Shown: piece by piece, positions 53,850-63,624 of the stretch | How the letters are laid out: each line of letters starts with the position of its first letter | How positions within the stretch are numbered: the stretch's first letter is position 1 | Virus record (IMG/VR): IMGVR_UViG_3300032219_002765 | Coordinates: 1-64,000 of that record | Strand: one strand, 5' to 3' | DNA from: a virus | Taxonomy: Duplodnaviria > Caudoviricetes | Length of the DNA: 64,000 nucleotides | The notes under the pieces: generated by a model | Database searches by the model: none | The model's input: the letters and a program-made list of their open reading frames with translations, nothing else | Told to the model about the DNA's origin: nothing | Made by a program: the position numbers and the translations under genes

Positions 53850-55400
53850 ATGAACCTCACAACGCATTCCGAGATTATTCGTTTAATTGCTAACGAACCT
53901 CTAACTCTTTCATGCTCAGCTTTAGCAGATTTTTTGTGGGAAGACTTTATTAGGGATGCACGTCCCTCAGTAACTTATTTAATTGATTCCTATAACATCA
54001 AACAGTTATCTCGTTTTGGCAAAGAATTATTTGAAAGATTATATAACGGTGACAACGTTAATTGGTTGGTAACTGAAGATGACTACGAAGATTATTTCAG
54101 AAAGATGTGTGACGGAGATACCACAGCAGTGCCACGCGGGTTTAAACCGGAGAACAGTATCTGGTATGCGATTATGGGGGACTTAAGTCAAGCGGCTGCG
54201 TGGCCAACCCTGCTTCATAGGAGCATCGGTGATCAATTTAATGCGGGTAATAATGCCGTTAATATCCTTAACGAACTCTCAAAAGTTATTACTGAAGCTA
54301 TTGAGCAAGGTCAATTTGACGTACAGCTCTTGACTGACGCTGGTAAAAAACTAAGAGAGCTACGGGAACAGTTCCAAGAAGCTCAAGCAAAGGGTGATAG
54401 GACGAAAGCAGAGAAACTACGGAGAGAAGGAAAAGCTTTGGCTCAAGAGATATCTGATGCGGTAGAAAAAGCGAGGGATAAAATTCAAAGCCAGTCACAT
54501 AAAATTATTGATAAGGCTCTTGAAAATTGTCAGGAAACAAATGATGCTGTTGAAGCACTGCATGGAAGTCAAGCAGGTTCGGGATCACATTCACTAGACC
54601 TACAGGAAAAGAAAGATTTAGCAAAGAGCTTAAGCTATAACAAACAACTTCAACAATTAATTAAAAAGTTAGGTGCTCTCCGCCGTGTTTGGCAAGAACG
54701 GAAACGAGCAAGAAAAATTACAGACAAATATGAATCTATTACAGGAGCAAAATTTAGCGATGATGTTCCGAAAGCTTTCTCTAGTGAAATTGCATTAGCT
54801 GGTACTGATCAAGGTCGTGCGCTCTTTGCCCTCAAATATTCTCAAAAAACTCTTTTAACAAAAGATTTTACGGCACACCGTAAGGATATTGGCAAAGGAC
54901 CGATAGTTATGTACATTGATGTATCTGGTTCTATGGGAGGAGAACCTGAAATTTGGAGCAAAGCTATTGCATTTGTTATTGCCGAGCAAGCTCTTAAAGA
55001 GAAACGTAGTGTACAAATATATTTATTCGATACACAAATTGAAGATTCAGTCACACTTAGTGCTGACCGGAAGAATAATCTAGAACTACTCGACTTTGTT
55101 GGTACCTGGACACTCGGCGGAGGTACTAGCTTTAACGCGGTGCTCGCCCACGCTTTAGATAAAGCTGACATTAAAAAGAGAGCAGATGTTTTGATGATTA
55201 CTGATGGACACAGTGAAGTACACGATAATTTTATTGCTCGTTTAAATAAGTTCAAACAAACTATTGGGGTGCAGTGGAACACAATTTGTATAAATTCTTC
55301 AACACCTGCTGTCTGTAAAAGGTTCAGTGATGAACTTTACTCCGTAAACTTAAAGAATCAAAATGATACAGTTGATGTCATACAGAGGTGTCTGCGCTAG
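53850..55400 (+). CDS. ViaA/CoxE-like von Willebrand A domain protein
   Basis: MIDAS DVSGS; GGGTSF; LMITDG; downstream of the AAA gene. Confidence 0.88.
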   Translation: MNLTTHSEIIRLIANEPLTLSCSALADFLWEDFIRDARPSVTYLIDSYNIKQLSRFGKELFERLYNGDNVNWLVTEDDYEDYFRKMCDGDTTAVPRGFKPENSIWYAIMGDLSQAAAWPTLLHRSIGDQFNAGNNAVNILNELSKVITEAIEQGQFDVQLLTDAGKKLRELREQFQEAQAKGDRTKAEKLRREGKALAQEISDAVEKARDKIQSQSHKIIDKALENCQETNDAVEALHGSQAGSGSHSLDLQEKKDLAKSLSYNKQLQQLIKKLGALRRVWQERKRARKITDKYESITGAKFSDDVPKAFSSEIALAGTDQGRALFALKYSQKTLLTKDFTAHRKDIGKGPIVMYIDVSGSMGGEPEIWSKAIAFVIAEQALKEKRSVQIYLFDTQIEDSVTLSADRKNNLELLDFVGTWTLGGGTSFNAVLAHALDKADIKKRADVLMITDGHSEVHDNFIARLNKFKQTIGVQWNTICINSSTPAVCKRFSDELYSVNLKNQNDTVDVIQRCLR

Positions 55401-55445
55401 CTGATACTACAATTATTTGACTGCACTCTTCGACACCACCAGTAA

Positions 55446-55676
55446 ATGGATCCTCAACAAGAAATTTTAAAGATACTCGAAGAGTATTCGCTGCGTCGAA
55501 AAGTTAAAGTAGGCACTTTAAATGATCCTACAGATAAAGATCCCACATTTGGAGATTTGTTTTTTGATGTAACTTCTAATACACTTCACTACTGTCAAGG
55601 AAGGATTAATGGGCAGCCACGGTGGGTTAAAGTTGAAGACGAGCAATCTAAGCACATTCTCAGGAAGCTTCAGTGA
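55446..55676 (+). CDS. hypothetical protein
   Basis: ORF track; GDLFFD...LHYC fibre-like module. Confidence 0.5.
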   Translation: MDPQQEILKILEEYSLRRKVKVGTLNDPTDKDPTFGDLFFDVTSNTLHYCQGRINGQPRWVKVEDEQSKHILRKLQ

Positions 55677-56125
55677 GTCAATTAATGAGACTTGAATGCG
55701 CTCAAACTGTCGCAGAACTCAGGCACAAATACGACCCTCAAAATATAAACTTTGAAAGTTTAGGTAAGTGGATATTTAATTGTCTTTCGATATCGCTTAA
55801 CAACACTAAATATGAATCTAAACCGGAAACTTTATATTTAGATTGTTTATTGAATTATCACCCTCAGTTGCTTTTATTCAGCATTTATAAAAAACCTAAT
55901 GTGGACATGACTTCTGGGGAAGATGACGGATGTTCCTATGACGTGTCAATCTTTGGCGGGCCTCATTTTAAACAATTATTCGGCATAGCAAGTTTAGTTC
56001 AGTTAAAAAGTTTAATTTGGCTTTCATCTGCCGATGTTACTGACGTTAGTAATTCCATTCGAGAAGAAATACATGACTGGTGTAACAATATTGAAGAAAT
56101 TTTCCATGCTTTACAAGCTATATAG
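55673..56125 (+). CDS. hypothetical protein
   Basis: ORF track. Confidence 0.5.
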   Translation: MSQLMRLECAQTVAELRHKYDPQNINFESLGKWIFNCLSISLNNTKYESKPETLYLDCLLNYHPQLLLFSIYKKPNVDMTSGEDDGCSYDVSIFGGPHFKQLFGIASLVQLKSLIWLSSADVTDVSNSIREEIHDWCNNIEEIFHALQAI

Positions 56126-56217
56126 TAAGCTACAGCATAGAAAGATTAAGAAACTGCTTGCTTGCTTGCTTTTCATGCAAAGTCCTTTCTATCTTGAGTT
56201 GGTCATTTCTTTCTGAC

Positions 56218-57030
56218 ATGAACTTTCAATTCTGCCTCAAGGGAACGCCAATTGACCAAAACGAAGCTGCTGCTTTGTTAACGGCAACAAGGGGCGCCAA
56301 CAAAAAGCCACTCGATATTGAACTGTCCAATCTTTTGGATTTCAATACCGTAGACAGTAAAAAATTATTTGAGTTAGCTGTCGAGAACAACAACCAAGCT
56401 TTGGCTTCATTGGCTTGGAAAGTATCCGTCGATCAAAAACAAGATCGTCCGCAACTGCAACAAACACAAATTGCACTGCCAAAAAAAATTAAACAAGTTG
56501 TTAGCACTTCAGCTGACACCAGTATCGATAATCTTATCGACAAGATGGCTCAGTCCACGTCGCACCCCTTTGTGGGAGCGGCAATGCTTTTAAAAGCTGC
56601 TAACGATAAAGAGTGGATTACTCTTCGGGAAACAGCTTTAAGTTTCGCAAACACTATGTGGGCTGTCCCTACCGTCTCACGTAATTCGCGATTTTTTCGC
56701 GGCTTAACTTTGAACAAAGGTAAGCTTACAACGCTGGATTTAAGTTCCGGGGTTCCTCGGCGCCAAACTTTCCACGTGTCACCGCTCTACATCAGCCTCC
56801 GGGAGGGCTTGGTCTTCTGTATCAAAGAAGGTCTTGTAGAACAACGTCGGATGCTTTCGACGGGCTGCACGGATAAGAGCAGGGTCGTTTCCACGGCGAT
56901 CTCTCAGATGAAACGCATGTATTACAAAGTGCGTTTAACCAACAAAGGCCGTGAACTGTGCAGCCATTGGGGTGATATCGAGTACTACATCGCACAACAA
57001 TTTGCTGCGCAAGTGGATCGAGCACACTGA
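56218..57030 (+). CDS. hypothetical protein with possible C-terminal winged helix
   Basis: ORF track 56158; likely start MNFQF at 56218; YYKVRLTNKGRE wHTH-type end. Confidence 0.55.
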   Translation: MNFQFCLKGTPIDQNEAAALLTATRGANKKPLDIELSNLLDFNTVDSKKLFELAVENNNQALASLAWKVSVDQKQDRPQLQQTQIALPKKIKQVVSTSADTSIDNLIDKMAQSTSHPFVGAAMLLKAANDKEWITLRETALSFANTMWAVPTVSRNSRFFRGLTLNKGKLTTLDLSSGVPRRQTFHVSPLYISLREGLVFCIKEGLVEQRRMLSTGCTDKSRVVSTAISQMKRMYYKVRLTNKGRELCSHWGDIEYYIAQQFAAQVDRAH

Positions 57031-57055
57031 GCCAACAACCTAAAAGTAGAGTAAA

Positions 57056-57087
57056 GTGCGTCATCAAAAGGTGGCGCACATTTTTTT
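57056..57087 (+). terminator. rho-independent terminator
   Basis: GTGCGTCATC-AAAA-GGTGGCGCAC then T7. Confidence 0.75.
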
Positions 57088-57096
57088 ATCTTAAAA

Positions 57097-58989
57097 ATGA
57101 ACTTAATTTTTGTTGACTCTAACGATAAATGTGCAGAAGTTTTACCTGCTTTATATAAATACGAAAAGATTGTTTTAGACACAGAAACAACAGGATTAGA
57201 CAGCTGGATAGCAAAAGTTCGTTTAATCCAAATATGTTCTGCTTCAGTAGAGGATATAGACGACCCTGTTTACGTGTTTGATGTTTTTAAAATCGACACT
57301 ACGGAACTAAGCAAATATATCGAATCGAGATCCACGCTGGTTGCACATAACGCAAACTTCGATCTTCAGTTTTTACAATCCATAAATTGCGATTTTAAAA
57401 ACAAAATCTTTTGTACCTACGTTGCTGAACGTGTTCTCCGTGCTGGTTTTAAAGAGAAGCGGATAGCTCCGCAAACTAAGAAGCCATATTTTGCTGACGT
57501 TTCTTGTGGTTTAAAAGCTGTTGCACAGCGTCGACTGGAAATTGAACTGTCGAAAGAAGAACAAGTTTCAGATTGGAGTGCCGAAATTCTCACTGAAAGC
57601 CAATTAACTTATGCCGCTAAGGATGTAAAAATTCTTCCATTAATTGCTAAACAACAGTATGAAGAATTAAAAGAGGAAAATCTCCTCGGCCTTTACTCCA
57701 TTGAAAGTAAATGTATACGGCCTGTTTCGCAAATGTGCAGGCGAGGTTTTAGTGTTGATGTTACTAAATTAAAACAACTTAAATTTAAAATAGAAAATGA
57801 ATTAAGCATAAAAACAGAACACTTTATAAAAGAACTTGATCGGCGATTGCCTGATGATAGGAAGCTTCCAAGAACAGTTGCGAACGAAATTGCTATCGGT
57901 AAAAAACTCAAAAAAGAATTCAACCCTAGTTCTACTAGACAGTTAGTTTGTGCTTTTAAAGATTGCGGTATCGAATTGCCTCTTGACGGCAACACAAATA
58001 ATCCGACTTTAAATCAAGTTGCGCTAGCTGAGTTTGACAGCGAAGATCCCACGCTGTTGCTTTATAGAGAAAGAGCGAAGATAGAAACTCGGCTAGAGCA
58101 TGTGACAAAATTAATTGACAATATAAATCCTGTATCCCGCAGGATACACTCTGGTTACAATCAGTGCGGCGCAAACTCAGGTCGATTTACGAGCAGCGGT
58201 GCACCTAAAGTTGCTAAAACGAAACAAAAAACGGTTTTCGGAATAAATATCCAGCAAGTTCCTAGATCAAAAGACTTCAGAGAAACTTTTGTCGCTGCAC
58301 CAGGATATAAGTTAGTGATCTGTGACTGGGCTCAAATTGAACTTCGGCTAGGGGCTGAGCTTATTGGTATACCTCAGATGAAGCAAGCTTTTATAGATGA
58401 CATAGATTTACACACGTTGACAGCAAGTTTAATTTATAAGAAGGACATACAGCAAGTAACGAAAGAAGAACGCCAAGACGGTAAAACGCTTAATTTTGCT
58501 CTGTTATACGGAATGGGTTATAGAAAGTACAAAACATATGCCGCGCAAAGTGGCAAAATAATTAGTCTCTCAGAGGCTAAGGTTGCCCATACAGCGTTTC
58601 ACACTGCGTACCCACGGTTGAGGCAGTGGCACATGGAAAGAGCTGCTTTAGTTGCAGACGGTTGGACATATACGCGAACTGTTTGCGGTAGACGAAGACT
58701 ATTAAGTTACGATGATGCAACTATGATGTGTAGCGCAAACACATTAATACAAGGATCAGGTGCAGACATACTTAAAATAGCTATAGCAAACTTAAGCGAA
58801 CATCTAAATGATGATGCTTATTTAATTGCGTGCGTGCATGATGAACTGGTCCTGGAAGTTAAGGAGCAGTTAGCGGAACACTATAAAGAACTTCTAGAAA
58901 AAACTATGGTGCAAGCGGCGGAAAGTATACTAACCTCTGTTCCTGCCTCTGCTGATGCCAGCGTGGGAAATTCCTGGGCCGCTAAATAA
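57097..58989 (+). CDS. polA: family A DNA polymerase (3'-5' exonuclease plus polymerase; no 5'-3' exonuclease)
   Basis: Exo LDTET, HNANFD, YAAKD; motif A DWAQIELR; motif B KTLNFALLYG (Phe at the 762-equivalent position); motif C VHDE. Confidence 0.95.
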   Translation: MNLIFVDSNDKCAEVLPALYKYEKIVLDTETTGLDSWIAKVRLIQICSASVEDIDDPVYVFDVFKIDTTELSKYIESRSTLVAHNANFDLQFLQSINCDFKNKIFCTYVAERVLRAGFKEKRIAPQTKKPYFADVSCGLKAVAQRRLEIELSKEEQVSDWSAEILTESQLTYAAKDVKILPLIAKQQYEELKEENLLGLYSIESKCIRPVSQMCRRGFSVDVTKLKQLKFKIENELSIKTEHFIKELDRRLPDDRKLPRTVANEIAIGKKLKKEFNPSSTRQLVCAFKDCGIELPLDGNTNNPTLNQVALAEFDSEDPTLLLYRERAKIETRLEHVTKLIDNINPVSRRIHSGYNQCGANSGRFTSSGAPKVAKTKQKTVFGINIQQVPRSKDFRETFVAAPGYKLVICDWAQIELRLGAELIGIPQMKQAFIDDIDLHTLTASLIYKKDIQQVTKEERQDGKTLNFALLYGMGYRKYKTYAAQSGKIISLSEAKVAHTAFHTAYPRLRQWHMERAALVADGWTYTRTVCGRRRLLSYDDATMMCSANTLIQGSGADILKIAIANLSEHLNDDAYLIACVHDELVLEVKEQLAEHYKELLEKTMVQAAESILTSVPASADASVGNSWAAK

Positions 58990-59490
58990 ATGGAATTATT
59001 AGAAATCCCTAAAAACCCTGAAAAAGAAATATTTACTGTCAAACACGACGGTAAATATTTTGCTGTTATTACAGGAGATATAAGTATCTACGTAAGCCCA
59101 AAAGAATTTGATTCGCCTTTAGCGGCAAGTAACCACGCGAGAACTTTAAAACGGCAAAACGAAATAGTTGTAAATATTAAGAAACAAGAAAAATCAAGCA
59201 CAGCTAAAAATGCAGCTACAATAGCTAAGAAAAATAAATTTTATACCGAAGCCGAAATGGCCTCGCAAACTAAGCTGTCATTTCGCGAAATCTGGCTAAT
59301 CGTAAGTCCGGAAGGCTTATATGCTAGTAACATTTTGACTGACAATAAAGTAGTTAAATACGAAAAAGATAAAGATAAAGCACAAATGTTTAAAACTTAC
59401 GAAGACGCTTACATAAACTTAAATACTTTAAACATGGTAATCTGCTGTGGGCATAAGCTGCGTAGATTTTTCAAACGTATCGAAAATTAA
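58990..59490 (+). CDS. hypothetical protein
   Basis: ORF track; abuts polA. Confidence 0.55.
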   Translation: MELLEIPKNPEKEIFTVKHDGKYFAVITGDISIYVSPKEFDSPLAASNHARTLKRQNEIVVNIKKQEKSSTAKNAATIAKKNKFYTEAEMASQTKLSFREIWLIVSPEGLYASNILTDNKVVKYEKDKDKAQMFKTYEDAYINLNTLNMVICCGHKLRRFFKRIEN

Positions 59491-59531
59491 ATAGAGGGCA
59501 TTATAATCAGAGGAGATACGCTCTTAAATTA

Positions 59532-61118
59532 ATGGCGCGGCGATATAACTTAAATTTTGCTGGTCAAAATTTTGGCTTTGATTTACCAACTGTAACTGAC
59601 GCACAAGGAAATGTTCAAACAGAATCCGTTTTAGCGGATTACTTTCCAGAGTTAAAGCTTACATACGCTCCTAAGGGTTCACGCGGTGGGAGACTTGGAT
59701 CCTCGTCAAATCAAACCACGACAGACTTTGCGATAAGGCAGCGGGAGGCAGCTAGTGCAGGGGCCACAGGGGGTGTTCCTCCTAATACAGCTGCTCCTAC
59801 TACTCCCACTACTCCTGCTGCTCCTGTTGCTCCTGTTGCTCCTGCTGCGGCTAAAGCACCAGCGTTTAACTACGGAACATTTTCATTAGACGAATACAAT
59901 AAAGCTTTAGAACCATATAATGCTCAAAGTAGAATTTCAGAAGCTCGGAGAAGTTTAGGGCTTGGTGATGCGGATGCACCCTACCTCGGATTGCTTGCTG
60001 CATCAAACGTAGACGAAGATGTTTCAAAATTCTCTGAAAGCGAAAAAAATTATGCTTTATCTTTAGCAAAAGCAGCAAAAGCTGGTGGTGACTCAGCTTT
60101 TAGTCCGGCAGATTTAGGTAAAGTTGAATCTACTTTAGGTGCGTTCCAGAAACTAAATCCACGTGAATTCTTTAAACCAGGAGAAACTGAGCTTCGTACG
60201 GGAAGTTTCTTAGCTCGGACAAATCTGGGAGGATATTCTTACCAGGACTTTTTATCAGGAAAAGCTGCTCCTGCGGTAACATCACGCGAACAATACAAAG
60301 CACCAGCAGCAGCTCAAACAACGCTACCTGCTGCCACGCAAAGAACTGCACGTGAAAACGATATTAATTCGTTATATAAAACTGTACTTGGACGCGATGC
60401 AGATCCTGAAGGGTTAAAGAACTATTCCTCATCTTCGATGAGTTTGAATGATGTTCTCAGTCAGATTTCACAATCGCCTGAAAATAAGAAAAAACAAATT
60501 GGTGACTTATATAAAACTATTTTAAACCGAGAAGTTGATCCAGAAGGATTATCTCAATATTCTGAGCGAGATGCGCGAGCAGCTGGTGGTTTTACTTCTG
60601 AAGAACTTGAAAGCATCTCTCAAGATCTTCGCAACAGTACTGAATATAAAAATAGAGGTTTAAGTGCACGCCCAACCTTTAAATCATCTGCAGAATATGA
60701 CAGCGGATTACAAAGCGGAAACTTTAACTCTCCTGAAAGAATTGGTGAAGCTCGTAAAACTTTAGGTTTAGGCGAAAGCGATAGCCCTTATTTAGGTTTA
60801 TTAGCAGCGGCTAACACTGATTCTGATCCTAACGACTTTACTCAAGAAGAAGCTGACTACGCTAGAGAACTTGCACGTCGTGCTCAAACTAGTGGCGATA
60901 AACGTTTTGCAGGTCAAAATCTGGATCAGATTTATTCAGTAATTGATAAAGCAAACGCAGCAGATAAAAATATATTTAAAGACAATGAGAAAGAATTACG
61001 TTCAGGTCAGTTCTTATCTGGCACAGGTCAAACCGGTTTTCTCTTAGGAGACTACTTAAAATCAGTTGGCAAAACTACGTCAGGTGGAAACCAGAACACT
61101 GTATCGTTCTATAAGTAA
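59532..61118 (+). CDS. repeat protein (A-B-B-A) with DUF4214/phycobilisome-linker-like repeats
   Basis: LYKTVLGRDADPEGL and LYKTILNREVDPEGL; RIxEARxxLGLGxxDxPYLGLLAA twice. Confidence 0.6.
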   Translation: MARRYNLNFAGQNFGFDLPTVTDAQGNVQTESVLADYFPELKLTYAPKGSRGGRLGSSSNQTTTDFAIRQREAASAGATGGVPPNTAAPTTPTTPAAPVAPVAPAAAKAPAFNYGTFSLDEYNKALEPYNAQSRISEARRSLGLGDADAPYLGLLAASNVDEDVSKFSESEKNYALSLAKAAKAGGDSAFSPADLGKVESTLGAFQKLNPREFFKPGETELRTGSFLARTNLGGYSYQDFLSGKAAPAVTSREQYKAPAAAQTTLPAATQRTARENDINSLYKTVLGRDADPEGLKNYSSSSMSLNDVLSQISQSPENKKKQIGDLYKTILNREVDPEGLSQYSERDARAAGGFTSEELESISQDLRNSTEYKNRGLSARPTFKSSAEYDSGLQSGNFNSPERIGEARKTLGLGESDSPYLGLLAAANTDSDPNDFTQEEADYARELARRAQTSGDKRFAGQNLDQIYSVIDKANAADKNIFKDNEKELRSGQFLSGTGQTGFLLGDYLKSVGKTTSGGNQNTVSFYK

Positions 61119-61132
61119 AGTTAAAAAATTAT

Positions 61133-61684
61133 ATGATCGCTGAGTACACTTTGTTGTTGAAGAAGGGTGCTCAGAATTTTTTCTTACGTGTAAAAGCTTG
61201 CGATACTACCCACGCGCAAGCACAAGCTTCAGATATTTGTCGAGCTTTAGGGGCTGAAGAATTTCAACTTACATACGGTAATAGACATAAAAAGAAACTC
61301 TCAAAACTATTTGAAGATTTAGCGTTTAATAACTTTACGCATAAATCATGCTGCATATGGGAAGGTTCATTTACAAACAATGTGCCTTGTATTTATATAT
61401 TTGGTAAACGAATTTATGTTCGAGATTTAATTGTTAAATATTTAGATATACCAAAAGATAAACACAATCCAAAACCAAGTTGTAAATGTAAAAGTTGTAT
61501 AAACCCATATCATTTTGAGTATCGTTTGTATAAAAATGAGAAGCTGGGTTGCGGAGACACCATGTTGCTCCTAGCGTACCGAGGCCAAGGCACAAGCGTT
61601 TCGCAAATTGCCAAGGCTCTAAACGTCCACCGATCAACAATTTACCGCAAACTAAAAAATGAACGTTTTTCTTCTAGGTCTTAG
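61133..61684 (+). CDS. degenerate His-Me finger protein with C-terminal HTH
   Basis: CCIWEG...GKRIYVRD...PSCKCKSCINPYHF; GTSVSQIAKALNVHRSTIYRKL. Confidence 0.7.
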   Translation: MIAEYTLLLKKGAQNFFLRVKACDTTHAQAQASDICRALGAEEFQLTYGNRHKKKLSKLFEDLAFNNFTHKSCCIWEGSFTNNVPCIYIFGKRIYVRDLIVKYLDIPKDKHNPKPSCKCKSCINPYHFEYRLYKNEKLGCGDTMLLLAYRGQGTSVSQIAKALNVHRSTIYRKLKNERFSSRS

Positions 61685-62303
61685 GGTCACAGCATCCGCA
61701 CAAGAGGATGAGGGCGTCTTAAACGTCTTGACTGAATCACTACCTTCAAGTGATAAACGAGTTAAAACTAAAGTTCAGCTTCTTCAGCAAAAAGATCACT
61801 ATGTTGGGAAACTATTAGGTGATCTAAAGGAGGAACAGACTGTATTAGCTATAGGTCCTACAAGGCCAACTCCGGACGGAATTCTTCAAATGCAACCAAT
61901 TTTGGTTGTAACAAAAGATAATTTTGAAGATCTTCTGGCAGTTAACTTATTTGTAGCTACGGGAGGTCTAGGTCCGAAAGCAGAAGAGGTAGAGCTTAGC
62001 GACACGACTGTAACTAATCGTTCACTTGCATGGCAGACAGAAAACTCCGAAACTGCTTGGTTTAAACTGACAGCGTGGGGCGAACTGTCAAAACAACTTT
62101 CTGATCTTGCTCCGGGAACACCAACCATTGCTATTGGAAAAGTTTCGACAAGCGAAAAAGACGAAAAATTCTACCTAAACTACAACGTGGACAAGATCCT
62201 TTACTTGCCCAAATCAAACAAAACTGCACCTAAAAAAGCCGCTGATCCTGAAAAAGGTAAAGTTGCTGCAGCTGCTCTCGGTTCTATTGATTTCTCTCTC
62301 TGA
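61659..62303 (+). CDS. ssb: single-stranded DNA-binding protein, tandem OB folds
   Basis: TAWFKLTAWGELSKQLSDLAPGTPTIAIGKV; similar N-terminal half. Confidence 0.7.
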   Translation: MNVFLLGLRVTASAQEDEGVLNVLTESLPSSDKRVKTKVQLLQQKDHYVGKLLGDLKEEQTVLAIGPTRPTPDGILQMQPILVVTKDNFEDLLAVNLFVATGGLGPKAEEVELSDTTVTNRSLAWQTENSETAWFKLTAWGELSKQLSDLAPGTPTIAIGKVSTSEKDEKFYLNYNVDKILYLPKSNKTAPKKAADPEKGKVAAAALGSIDFSL

Positions 62304-62317
62304 TTTAGGTACTAACT

Positions 62318-63139
62318 ATGGTGTTTATTGCTGGCCAATTTTCTGAAGACGAAATTCTCTGTAATGTTCCTCCGCATACTTTGAGAATTGATTTACAAGC
62401 TCGCCGTTGGAAATCTGATGTAGATTCCGACAGCGCTATCGTTGACCGCAACGATAATGGAATTCCAATTGAGTTTGTGCTCTTAGGTTTTAGCCCATTT
62501 TTTGGCAATCTTGGAATGCGCAATCAAGAGGAGTTTCTTCGCATTGCTTACATTGGAGTCAGCCCTAACCACAGGTTGCTTCCACCGCGATGTGTAACTA
62601 CATCGATGATTTCCGGTAAATCTTCGCAGAAAAACTTTATTAGTTATTTCCAAACTTTGTATAACAATCGTATTAACTGTGCATCAGTTATTACAGCTAC
62701 TAAGTTTGTAACTAAAAGTTTTAACGAACGGGATCCCGTAACGGGTGCTGACGGAGCAAAGATTAACTTTAATGCTCTTGAATTTACAGATCGTCCTGTT
62801 TCCTCAGACGAAGAAACTAAACTAATTACTGACATCGATGACTGGATTTTGGGTAAAGGACCGGGGCTCATCTCCTCCGCCCTCAAGTCTCATATTCCTG
62901 GATCGGATTTGGTTGAGCTACCACTTGGCGAAGACCACACGGAGATTAAAGCGCAATTCGCTTCATCCAGACCACCATCGCAAGAGCGGACCTTTGCTGC
63001 GAGTGCGCCTCCTGCTAAGGCTCTTAAGTCTGCTGTGGTGGATGATGCTAGTGAATCAAGTGATACTCCTACCCCAAAACCTAAAAAAGCTGTTCAACTC
63101 ACCGAAGAACAAGCAAAAGCCTTAGGGTTGGATTTCTAA
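62318..63139 (+). CDS. replication-module protein (SSB/annealing-like) with acidic flexible tail
   Basis: Downstream of SSB; ends in a hydrophobic-acidic tail ...ALGLDF. Confidence 0.45.
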   Translation: MVFIAGQFSEDEILCNVPPHTLRIDLQARRWKSDVDSDSAIVDRNDNGIPIEFVLLGFSPFFGNLGMRNQEEFLRIAYIGVSPNHRLLPPRCVTTSMISGKSSQKNFISYFQTLYNNRINCASVITATKFVTKSFNERDPVTGADGAKINFNALEFTDRPVSSDEETKLITDIDDWILGKGPGLISSALKSHIPGSDLVELPLGEDHTEIKAQFASSRPPSQERTFAASAPPAKALKSAVVDDASESSDTPTPKPKKAVQLTEEQAKALGLDF

Positions 63140-63188
63140 GGTAGACTTTTACCACCTCCCATTAAGGGGAGACGGGAAAGGATGAATG

Positions 63189-63215
63189 AGGCGACCTCAA
63201 AGTCGCCTTTTTTTT
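63189..63215 (+). terminator. rho-independent terminator
   Basis: AGGCGAC-CTCAAA-GTCGCCT then T-run. Confidence 0.8.
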
Positions 63216-63624
63216 GTACATCATGAAAAACAAAACAGCTCGTATAAAACTCGACGGGATTTGGTCCACTCTGTATTTAGAGCCCATATCCCCACACATC
63301 TGGAACTTAGGGATTAGCGTCAACAAATCTAAACGAGCGACAAATGATTGGTATTCTGGAAGAAAAAATAAAAGATCAAGACGTGTTACTTCACAACAAC
63401 CTGTAGGTTCTTTCCAGCATTTGCTTGCAGCTTTTGTTTTACTTAAAAAACTTTTAAAGGAACTTCCAACGGATCATCATGTTTACACACAACCAGAATC
63501 AACTCGGTCAGCATTACTTTCTCGTTACATACAACGTCTAGGATTTACTCAGTCTCTAGCGGATGGTCAACAATTTTGGGTGTTAACAGCTGATCGAAGG
63601 AAGGAAGTTCTATTTGATTGCTGA
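63214..63624 (+). CDS. hypothetical protein
   Basis: ORF track; WNLGISVNKSKRATNDWY. Confidence 0.55.
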   Translation: MYIMKNKTARIKLDGIWSTLYLEPISPHIWNLGISVNKSKRATNDWYSGRKNKRSRRVTSQQPVGSFQHLLAAFVLLKKLLKELPTDHHVYTQPESTRSALLSRYIQRLGFTQSLADGQQFWVLTADRRKEVLFDC

